Shown here: positions 56,726 through 64,000 of the stretch, piece after piece
How positions within the stretch are numbered: position 1 is the first letter of the stretch
How the letters are laid out: each line of letters starts with the position of its first letter
Source of the DNA: Thermodesulfobacteriota bacterium
Lineage (GTDB): Bacteria; Desulfobacterota; WTBG01; JAGOGO01
Length of the DNA: 64,000 nucleotides
Assembly: GCA_026625185.1 (NCBI GenBank)
Contig: CP113000.1
Span: 2,043,124 to 2,107,123, forward strand
Direction: 5' to 3'
Notes under the pieces: model-generated
The model's database searches: none
What the model saw: only the letters and a program-made list of their open reading frames with translations
What the model was told of the DNA's origin: nothing
Position numbers and translations under genes: made by a program

Positions 56726-59110
56726 CTAAAAAACTAAAAACATTAAATAATCACCGCCACTTACTTTAGTGACAACATCACAAATCAACTCACAGATAAT
56801 TTCATCGACATTATAAATTGAGCTGGTTACCTCATCACAAACCGGCTGAATAACCATTTCATCGACGTCATTGCCGACCGAGTAGATACTATCCTTCTCA
56901 ATTTTGGGCTGACCCCATGTCCAAGTATTATTGGATGATGCTCTGGTTTTATTAAATGTGAGCATGTAAAAGTGCCCACCGAATAAAAACACCATCGGCC
57001 AAGGGCTGGTATCCGGGTCGCCGTCAAAGGTGGCGACTAAAGTAGAGATCAAAAGATTCATTCCAACATCATAGACCAATGAACTATTAGCCTTATAGGT
57101 TTGAGCGATAATCCAAAAAGTACCGTCAAAATTTTGTAGACATGTTCCCTCTGCCCTGTTATTGGTATCAATGCTAATTGAGGTAAACGAACTTAAATCT
57201 GTTGAATAAGCCAAGGCAGGCCGTTGGCTCCCTCCAGAATCCCAAGTGGTGTATGCAATTAACCATCGGGAATTTGCGCTATCGTAGGCGGACATGAGAT
57301 CGAAGGCGCCGGCCCCTCCGCTGGTTGTCGGAAGGCTTAGGGCAGACAATCCACTAACCACATTCGTGCCGGAAAGGATATCTCCGGTAGTAAATAGTTT
57401 ATGGTCAGCGGTGATTGTGGTTAAAAGTCCGTCACCCCATCGTGAAATAAACAGCCTCCTGTCACCATTGTTATGCCTTATAATATGGGCTGCATGGTCG
57501 TTCATGATTTTGCTACTTCGAGAAACCATAATTACAGCCAATTGGGTAATGGTATAGTCACCGAGATCAAGAGAGAAAACTCCGCAATATCCAGAAGGTG
57601 TGGTTTGAGATGTAAAAGAATCATAATATGACCCTGCTGGGTCAGAAGCAGTGGCAGTAAAAAGAATGGTGGTTCCATCTATATAAGGCGTACCGTCTTC
57701 ATTTGTGACAACCCGCGTATCTCTAAGCCCGACTCCCCCAAACCTGCCACATTTGAAATTTGAAAAAGCAATAGTGGATGTCCCACTGGTTTTTAAGGCA
57801 AAAAATCCCGCCATGTAGCCCGACAACGCAGTTGATCCTCTTAAATCTGTTGTCGAAGAAGCCTGTTTGCAAGCATACGTCCATCCCGATCCGGAATCGT
57901 ACCATGCACACAATGAATTCCCCACAATACTCAATCCGATTTTAAACGGAGGAGTTAATGTTATGCTGAAAGAGGCTGTCCCTGAAGAACCACTTCCCCC
58001 AAATTTCCATGTTATATGGACGTAAGTGTTATCGCTTTCATAAACAACTTTCACAAAGTTATCTGCATCCTTAATCAAAACAACCCCGGCTCGCCAGTTG
58101 GCGGAATCTCCTGAAAATGAGTCGATTTGAGCTTCTATAAATGCCTGCGGCATCGAAAAAGAACTGGTATTTTCTGCTACATAATCGCTTTGTGGTGATC
58201 CCGAAGTGGTCTGTGCAATGGTAAATTTATTGTTTGCAATAGACGTGGAACCAGCATTGTTTTCGGTAAATTTAGTGAATTGTCCGTTATCGGCGGAAAA
58301 GTTTTCAGAAAAATCATTCAAACCTGAGGGATCTGGGTCAAAATAAGTAGGAGACCCAACTACAGAAAGATTCATTGCGGTAGGAATATACCCAATCCCG
58401 GAAAATGTTCCTCCCCGAATTGCATCTATCTCAGCTATTACTAAATTTCGGTTAAACAAAACCAACTCATCAACCAGTACGGGAACGGAATTTGGGCTAT
58501 CCGTGGGATCGCAACCGATATAAAAAGAATTGCTTGACCGGACGGTAAGGGTATTGGAAAAAGTATGAGTGTAAGTTGTAGCGGTTTGAGCGGTATCATC
58601 CCAAATACGCACGACCATCTTTTTGGTTACCCCATCGAGTACCAATCCAACATGATACCACCGTCCTGTGCTTAAGGTAGCCACCACCCATTCTTCCTGT
58701 TGTTGAACGGTTCCATATCCCCAAGCGACCCTAAACTGAGTGGTCGAATTTTTAAACCCCACAAAGAGGCAACTCCCAACTCCATTCCATTCAGCATTCC
58801 CGAAAAGAAGTGGATAACCGGAGGGCGTTCCGCTGAGATAAAACCAGCAACACCCCGAAAATCTCTTTACCGTATCGCCACTTTTAAGCGGGAACCCGGC
58901 GCATTGATTTGCGCTGGAAATTGAAAGTCTATTTTTTGCAGCCGTATCATTAAGTTTGGCAGAATCTGAACCTTCCTTATAGCTGGTTGTAGAATTAACC
59001 ACCCCGGTATTTGATAGCGTGTTCGTGCTTATGGAATCTACGGTAAGGGCCCCGTTTTCCATGCGCCAAAGAGCCTTACAAAAAATATCCTGAGAAAAAT
59101 CGTTACCCAC
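56726..59110 (-). CDS. Large tail-fiber/receptor-binding-like protein with a LamG/ConA-like lectin domain
   Basis: 794 aa, Ser/Thr/Gly/Asn-rich beta composition. The N-terminal region is LamG-like (LVDELVLFNRNL). It lies adjacent to the host-specificity protein. Confidence 0.45.
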   Translation of the reverse strand: MGNDFSQDIFCKALWRMENGALTVDSISTNTLSNTGVVNSTTSYKEGSDSAKLNDTAAKNRLSISSANQCAGFPLKSGDTVKRFSGCCWFYLSGTPSGYPLLFGNAEWNGVGSCLFVGFKNSTTQFRVAWGYGTVQQQEEWVVATLSTGRWYHVGLVLDGVTKKMVVRIWDDTAQTATTYTHTFSNTLTVRSSNSFYIGCDPTDSPNSVPVLVDELVLFNRNLVIAEIDAIRGGTFSGIGYIPTAMNLSVVGSPTYFDPDPSGLNDFSENFSADNGQFTKFTENNAGSTSIANNKFTIAQTTSGSPQSDYVAENTSSFSMPQAFIEAQIDSFSGDSANWRAGVVLIKDADNFVKVVYESDNTYVHITWKFGGSGSSGTASFSITLTPPFKIGLSIVGNSLCAWYDSGSGWTYACKQASSTTDLRGSTALSGYMAGFFALKTSGTSTIAFSNFKCGRFGGVGLRDTRVVTNEDGTPYIDGTTILFTATASDPAGSYYDSFTSQTTPSGYCGVFSLDLGDYTITQLAVIMVSRSSKIMNDHAAHIIRHNNGDRRLFISRWGDGLLTTITADHKLFTTGDILSGTNVVSGLSALSLPTTSGGAGAFDLMSAYDSANSRWLIAYTTWDSGGSQRPALAYSTDLSSFTSISIDTNNRAEGTCLQNFDGTFWIIAQTYKANSSLVYDVGMNLLISTLVATFDGDPDTSPWPMVFLFGGHFYMLTFNKTRASSNNTWTWGQPKIEKDSIYSVGNDVDEMVIQPVCDEVTSSIYNVDEIICELICDVVTKVSGGDYLMFLVF

Positions 59111-59112
59111 GG

Positions 59113-59766
59113 TTAATACCCTTTATTGATCGCCACAAAATCATATTTTGAGTCCGTTCCGTTATAGACGTAACCGAGACGGTCAAGTTTATTCGCCCCG
59201 GATGATAATGTCGGCGGTGACGGCAGGTCGTCACTGCCGCGCACCTCAGCGCCGAATGTGACCGTCCGTCCTCCAGTGGCATCCTGTTTTAAAAGAAGTT
59301 GGCATTTTTGCCCATCAGCCGCGCCGGAAAAAGTAAAGGCTACCGTCGCCCGGTCGAAGGTCATTTTGCCGATCCCGCCGAGAGACCAGTCAATGGTGAC
59401 ATTGTCGGCGCAGGTAATTGTCTGCACGACTTTTTCCGGATGTTTTAGTTTCCACGCGCTGCCATTGTAATTAATTTCAACATCCTCATCCTGCACGAAT
59501 GCCCGCCAACCCTCTGCCGGTAAAAGAAAAATCCAGCCGTTATCGTAAATCGCCACGTAATTTTCTTTCCCGGCCCATGCTCCGGTGGCAGTGGCCTTGG
59601 GGATATATACCTGGCCATTGCTGGGGCTGCCCGGAGGAGCCGTTAAATCGCGGTCAATCACACATATCTGTGCCATGACTGCCAGCCGGTGATTTGCCTG
59701 GTTGTGGGTTAAATATTTCGAGGCCTGGCTTTCGACCATGTCGGTTATTTGCAAAAAATCGGTCAT
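59113..59766 (-). CDS. DUF2793-like phage tail-associated protein
   Basis: The pattern LTAPPGSPSNGQVYIP..ATGAWAGKENYVAIYDNGWIFLLPAEGWRAFVQDE is recalled as characteristic of DUF2793 proteins found in GTA/prophage tail clusters. From memory only. Confidence 0.4.
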   Translation of the reverse strand: MTDFLQITDMVESQASKYLTHNQANHRLAVMAQICVIDRDLTAPPGSPSNGQVYIPKATATGAWAGKENYVAIYDNGWIFLLPAEGWRAFVQDEDVEINYNGSAWKLKHPEKVVQTITCADNVTIDWSLGGIGKMTFDRATVAFTFSGAADGQKCQLLLKQDATGGRTVTFGAEVRGSDDLPSPPTLSSGANKLDRLGYVYNGTDSKYDFVAINKGY

Positions 59767-59822
59767 AATAAACTCATAAATAAAATGTTAGCGGTTTAAC
59801 CGGTTTAAACAGTTCAAGCGGT

Positions 59823-62800
59823 TCAAATTGTTGCTGACGCCCCATAACCCCGGTCAACGGTCGCTGAAATTTGATAGGCTATCAAATTTACCGGGCTGCC
59901 TGGGGTTATCCCGTCTGCGGTCTGCTGGGCAGCTGTATAGCTCGCCGATTCGGTAGTTGCGGTAATTGTCCGCACAACTGATCCGCTTTTGTAAATATCT
60001 ATTTTAAAAGACTTGGTTGTCTCTCCCAACGGCACATCTGAGTTGTCCCGCCATTCTCCTCCGATTCGGGTACGGCGAATCCAGGTAATAGTCAGGTTAT
60101 TGCTCCCATCCCGTGTGCCCGTAACATGACAGGGTGCATAAGGTTTTTTGCCTACCGCATCGCAGACAAACGGTATGATTTGATGATCACCCAGATCAGC
60201 ATCCGGTGGCATCACCACATAAAATCTCGTTTGTTCTATATCCTCCGATTGCAGCTTGATCCGATCGTATTTTTTCGAGTCATTCAGTATAACAAACCGC
60301 TCGCCCGTAGTATGTCCCCCGACTGCCCATTCCGTTCCCCGAAGCCCTCTCATCAGGGCTGAGATCGTCCAGCTTCCGCTCCCGTTGTCGGTCGCATTCA
60401 TAAACCGTATAATTTCATCACCCACTAAGCATAGGTTTACTCCGTTTAGTACGTCCGCTTCCGTCGCGTCCTCTAAAATAGAATCTGCATCGTAAAGTTG
60501 GATGGTAAGGGAATTTATCAGGTCAAATGATCCCACGCTCCCAACCGACCCGAGGACGGACAGACAGCGGCCAATCACAGACTCATCTTCGATGTTGCCT
60601 ACACGGTCAAAATTTCTGATGCCGTCGTTGGATTCTAATATCTTAGCCCCATACCAATAATATGAAGAGCGTGCCGCCAGGTAAAAGCCACAATCATCAT
60701 CCCGGTCATCGACCAGCGGAATATCCAAAAAATACGGATCAAGCTGACCCTTGGAATTTTTTAGACTTTCGTCTTCTTGCCCGGAAACGGATGTTTGTTC
60801 TGTTCCTGTTGCGTTGGATACGTAACAATAATCAGCATCCGGCAGGGCTTTACATTCCATCAGCAGGTTAGCTCCAATCTGGATCTCATTCAGCAGCAAC
60901 AAAAAACTATTATCTTTGTACGGAATGGTTAGCACGTCCGTGGGATCATATTTCAGGTATTTCCAGGGGATCGCGAATTCGTATTCACCCTCTTTTTGTT
61001 TCCAGGCGAGGTAAAGCATTTTTTCGGATATCTGCTTTGCCAAATCTTTGTCCATCACTACCGCAATATCTATCGTCTCTTTGTTGCGGCTGTTCATGGT
61101 GGTTGGGACGCGGGTGGAAAATTGGGTTCTGGACTCGTGGCTCTGGTCGACGTCGATGTATTTCACCTCTATGGTCTGAGGAATATCCATGTCGATCTCA
61201 CGATTGGTGAGCAGAGGTACTGGCCGGGAGTCGCCGAACACATGTGCCCCCAGTTCATCTTCATCAATCGTTCCATCGGATATTCCAGTTCGCAACGGAA
61301 ATTTTAGTTTCCAGTCGCTTTCCACCGCATCGAAAAAAAATGCGGATTGAAGGGTCTCGATGGCGCTTCTCCCGGTAGAATCACCGGTGACCGAAATCCC
61401 GTCAATATTGATGCCTGACAAATCGGAGACATCTATATCCGACGAGGTTAAAGACATCTGCTCGGCAATGTCCGTTATAATGCTTGATAAGGTAACTTTA
61501 TCGGCGCTAACTCGGTCAATGTACATCACCCAACCACTATTTGTTCCGCGCCCCCACAATGCTAACCCTTCATCATCGATAAGTAATTGAGAAGGAGTGC
61601 CCGTAAATTCCAAACTACTGCAGGTTACTTGCCGTAATATCGTGAGGGTTTTACAATCAACTTCGCACGCGTACCCGCTTTCTAAAACCAACCAAAAAAT
61701 TCCCCCCGAGCTGGGACCATTTTTAAAAGCGGCAGAGTTACCACCCCTTAAAGTAGATGAAAAATCAAGCGTGGAAATTACTGTTTTAGAATTGAGTGAG
61801 TATTTAATCAGCCGCCCGACACCACTATGTTGACCGCCGACGATGAGGAAATCATCCCCTGTTTTATTTTGGAAATAAGTTATGTAAAGAGGATATTCCA
61901 GATCGGAGGGAGAAATATCAAATTTTTCATTGCCAAAATATGGGATAAAGAGGGCATCCAATAATTCCACAACCGGCGGGATCATACAGTGTATTAAAAA
62001 CCCTCCTGTATGCCCCATTGATGGCACCCCGCAAACAGCCCAGCAATCACCATTTTTGTCCACCGCGCCCTGTAAAACCTCGCAGCCGTAACCAGTTGTC
62101 GCCGGGTTAGGAATAGGATTTAATAGATAGGTCAACCACATATCACCGTCTAAAATAAGCGTTTTGCCCCCCATAAGACTTTGCCCAAAAATAAACGGCT
62201 GCACCCCTTCAATTACGGTTCCCGATATTCCCCCTAAAATCCAAATGTAGGGCAATGATACTCCCATGTAATCGACAAATGATACGCAGTAACCACCACT
62301 GGGTTGATCTGTCCCGGCTTTATTGCCCTGATAATCAACTGTCCACCCCAGGTATTTAAAGTCTTTGCTGTACTTTACAAGGGGGACGGTCACAAAACCA
62401 TAGGCTCCAAACCCCCAGGCGTAAGCGTACCCAAAAAAATCGAAACACCAATCACCCCCTCCAATGTCACTTTCAGAAGCCGGAAAATATTTTTGAACGG
62501 ACTGATCGTAAATATCCACCACAATTACTGTTGAACCACCTATAGCATATATAATTTCCGGCATGCCCCACGGTTTAAAATATATCGCATCTGTATTCGG
62601 ATTCTCAGGCAACTCAAAAATATCCAAATCATTAACTATGTCGCCCGATGCCACCACTTCGGCCTCGACTTTAGACGGTAATTGGCTGCCAAAATCGTCT
62701 AAACGGACATTTTTAAACAACGTGTAAGCCTGGCCTCGATAAGACGGGACTTTGCCGATGCCTTCAACGCTTTCCATGTAGGGGTCAGTCTCTTGGGTTT

Positions 62801-63197
62801 GGTCTCCAAGGTAATGGGTCATGCTGTCAACTATTTTTTTTGCCACTTTTTTATTGTCGGGCATAACATTATAGACCAGCTTATCATTGAGCCAAATCCG
62901 CCGTATGGCGGTAATCGGCCCGGACCCCCATGACACCGCGAAGGTCGCATAGTAATGGTAGGTAACTGTCGTTACCCCGCCGCTGGTCTTCGATTTCTTT
63001 TTTTCCCTTAATTGATTTCCTTCCACCCATATATATTTACCCTCCCAGCGATTTGCCCCCCATCCGCGCCTAATCGGTTCCCCATACGTTTTCGCGGTTA
63101 CTCGCCGGTCTTCCAGGCGCGGGCCGTATTGTTTAACCGGCTTGTTAAAAAGCTTTCCTAAAAATGAAAGCCCTATCGCAAAAAGGAAACCCCACAT
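59823..63197 (-). CDS. Phage host-specificity / distal tail protein (Phage-tail_3 family, RcGTA g15-like)
   Basis: The N-terminus GPRLEDRRVTAKTYGEPIRRGWGANRWEGKYIWVEG...GGVTTVTYHYYATFAVSWGSGPI matches the conserved start of lambda-J-like and GTA host-specificity proteins. 1124 aa. Confidence 0.7.
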   Translation of the reverse strand: MWGFLFAIGLSFLGKLFNKPVKQYGPRLEDRRVTAKTYGEPIRRGWGANRWEGKYIWVEGNQLREKKKSKTSGGVTTVTYHYYATFAVSWGSGPITAIRRIWLNDKLVYNVMPDNKKVAKKIVDSMTHYLGDQTQETDPYMESVEGIGKVPSYRGQAYTLFKNVRLDDFGSQLPSKVEAEVVASGDIVNDLDIFELPENPNTDAIYFKPWGMPEIIYAIGGSTVIVVDIYDQSVQKYFPASESDIGGGDWCFDFFGYAYAWGFGAYGFVTVPLVKYSKDFKYLGWTVDYQGNKAGTDQPSGGYCVSFVDYMGVSLPYIWILGGISGTVIEGVQPFIFGQSLMGGKTLILDGDMWLTYLLNPIPNPATTGYGCEVLQGAVDKNGDCWAVCGVPSMGHTGGFLIHCMIPPVVELLDALFIPYFGNEKFDISPSDLEYPLYITYFQNKTGDDFLIVGGQHSGVGRLIKYSLNSKTVISTLDFSSTLRGGNSAAFKNGPSSGGIFWLVLESGYACEVDCKTLTILRQVTCSSLEFTGTPSQLLIDDEGLALWGRGTNSGWVMYIDRVSADKVTLSSIITDIAEQMSLTSSDIDVSDLSGINIDGISVTGDSTGRSAIETLQSAFFFDAVESDWKLKFPLRTGISDGTIDEDELGAHVFGDSRPVPLLTNREIDMDIPQTIEVKYIDVDQSHESRTQFSTRVPTTMNSRNKETIDIAVVMDKDLAKQISEKMLYLAWKQKEGEYEFAIPWKYLKYDPTDVLTIPYKDNSFLLLLNEIQIGANLLMECKALPDADYCYVSNATGTEQTSVSGQEDESLKNSKGQLDPYFLDIPLVDDRDDDCGFYLAARSSYYWYGAKILESNDGIRNFDRVGNIEDESVIGRCLSVLGSVGSVGSFDLINSLTIQLYDADSILEDATEADVLNGVNLCLVGDEIIRFMNATDNGSGSWTISALMRGLRGTEWAVGGHTTGERFVILNDSKKYDRIKLQSEDIEQTRFYVVMPPDADLGDHQIIPFVCDAVGKKPYAPCHVTGTRDGSNNLTITWIRRTRIGGEWRDNSDVPLGETTKSFKIDIYKSGSVVRTITATTESASYTAAQQTADGITPGSPVNLIAYQISATVDRGYGASATI

Positions 63198-63203
63198 GTA
63201 AAA

Positions 63204-64000
63204 TTAGTCCTCTGCATCCGGAGATTGATTTATAACGCTTTCGGGAGGCACAAACGGCTCACCCCTAAAATTTATTACATTGTCGTATTTATCTTCACAG
63301 GTGCTCACTTTTTTATCACATCCGGGATAGGCCTCGTAGGTATCGCCGATTTGAATCGTTTTCGGCATCGCGAGGAATAGAGTAAACGTTGTCGTACTTA
63401 AACCCCAATCTTTAACCTCCATTGACAGCCCGGCGTTATCACCCGTGAGCCAATGAATATAACCGTAATTAAAATAATCGTTAGCCTCGGTGCGAGAACT
63501 GTCGGCAAATACCCGGTTGTCCGTCACGCCGGTCACCGCGCCGGTGACTTTGAGGGCAGTCAGATTAACGCCGCACCGGGAATCACCCAGATCCGCCCGG
63601 CATTCCGCGCTGTATGCCTCGCACATTTTTTTGGAAAAATAATCCGTCATGCTGGTGATGGAGGCGGTATATTTACCTTGTTCTATTTTAACCTTTCCGA
63701 ACCGCCCGCGCCGCAGCTTGATGATCCCCATGCCGGTGTTCATGAAGTTGATCAGGAATAACCAGATCTCGGCGTAGTCGTATTTGCCCTCGCGCAAATC
63801 GTTCTCCAAAACCCCATCTCCCTCATCAAATAATAATCCTTCCAAATCAACTTGGTCAGGATTCATTTGGGAGGTTGTTGAAATGGCCGTACGGTCTCCG
63901 CCGGTAGCCGCTTCATAGGTCACGCCGTCATAAACAATGTCTTTATCGTTCGAGGTAAAACCGAGAGTTACCCCGTCCTGCCGGGTGATTTTCCAACAGA
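63204..64000 (-). CDS. DUF2163 (BR0599/TIGR02218-like, RcGTA g13 N-domain-like) phage protein. The 5' end is outside the window.
   Basis: The C-terminus YPGCDKKVSTCEDKYDNVINFRGEPFVP matches the family hallmark GC..K....C..K..N..NF.GFP..P. The reading frame stays open to the window edge (..WKITRQDGVTLGFTSNDKDIVYDGVTYEA). Confidence 0.6.
   Translation of the reverse strand, partial: CWKITRQDGVTLGFTSNDKDIVYDGVTYEAATGGDRTAISTTSQMNPDQVDLEGLLFDEGDGVLENDLREGKYDYAEIWLFLINFMNTGMGIIKLRRGRFGKVKIEQGKYTASITSMTDYFSKKMCEAYSAECRADLGDSRCGVNLTALKVTGAVTGVTDNRVFADSSRTEANDYFNYGYIHWLTGDNAGLSMEVKDWGLSTTTFTLFLAMPKTIQIGDTYEAYPGCDKKVSTCEDKYDNVINFRGEPFVPPESVINQSPDAED

Overview
This 64-kb window looks like a chromosomal segment of an anaerobe with sigma-54-style regulation, about 45% GC, possibly a Desulfobacterota-like or candidate-phylum organism. 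It mixes core operons with a strongly mosaic accessory region. All assignments below come from reading the six-frame translations and the DNA by eye.

In order along the window:
- A phosphate uptake locus (porin C-terminus, pstS, then pstC-pstA-pstB-phoU). It is split by a zinc-ribbon gene and a C-terminal remnant of a P-type ATPase.
- A hydrogenase maturation operon (hypF-hypC-hypD-hypE).
- A formate dehydrogenase operon (fdhA-fdhB-focA). The alpha subunit carries an in-frame TGA selenocysteine codon followed by a SECIS-like hairpin.
- A rearranged stretch holding mobA, a multiply frameshifted fdhD pseudogene, and a partial segmental duplication of the CBS-gene region.
- A four-gene sulfhydrogenase-like [NiFe] hydrogenase (beta, gamma, small and large subunits).
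- A signalling cluster: two standalone receiver proteins, two histidine kinases, and an NtrC-family sigma-54 activator sitting behind a good -24/-12 promoter.
- ftsY.
- A fused Memo-like/AMMECR1 protein plus a second Memo-like paralog.
- A GtrA/GtrB-like glycosylation locus with two large polytopic membrane proteins and a VapBC toxin-antitoxin pair.
- A partial Tad/Flp pilus locus (flp-cpaA-cpaB-cpaC).
- A prophage or GTA-like tail module (Dam methylase, amidase, LamG tail fiber, DUF2793-like, Phage-tail_3 host-specificity protein, DUF2163) that runs off the 3' edge of the window.

The most unusual signals are non-coding:
- Six arrays of degenerate 7-bp repeats (consensus NAACGGN). They bracket the toxin-antitoxin pair and lie as inverted pairs around two copies of a roughly 380-bp unit. 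Each unit encodes a conserved 39-aa microprotein just upstream of one of the large membrane-protein genes.
- Two families of interspersed intergenic repeats flanking hypF and ftsY.
- A family of CTCTCCC..GGGAGAG hairpin repeats, including a tandem hairpin array inside the Tad locus.
- A perfect 2 x 100-bp tandem duplication at the junction between the Tad locus and the phage module.

Coordinates of non-CDS features are approximate to within a few nucleotides. No tRNA, rRNA or CRISPR array was recognised.
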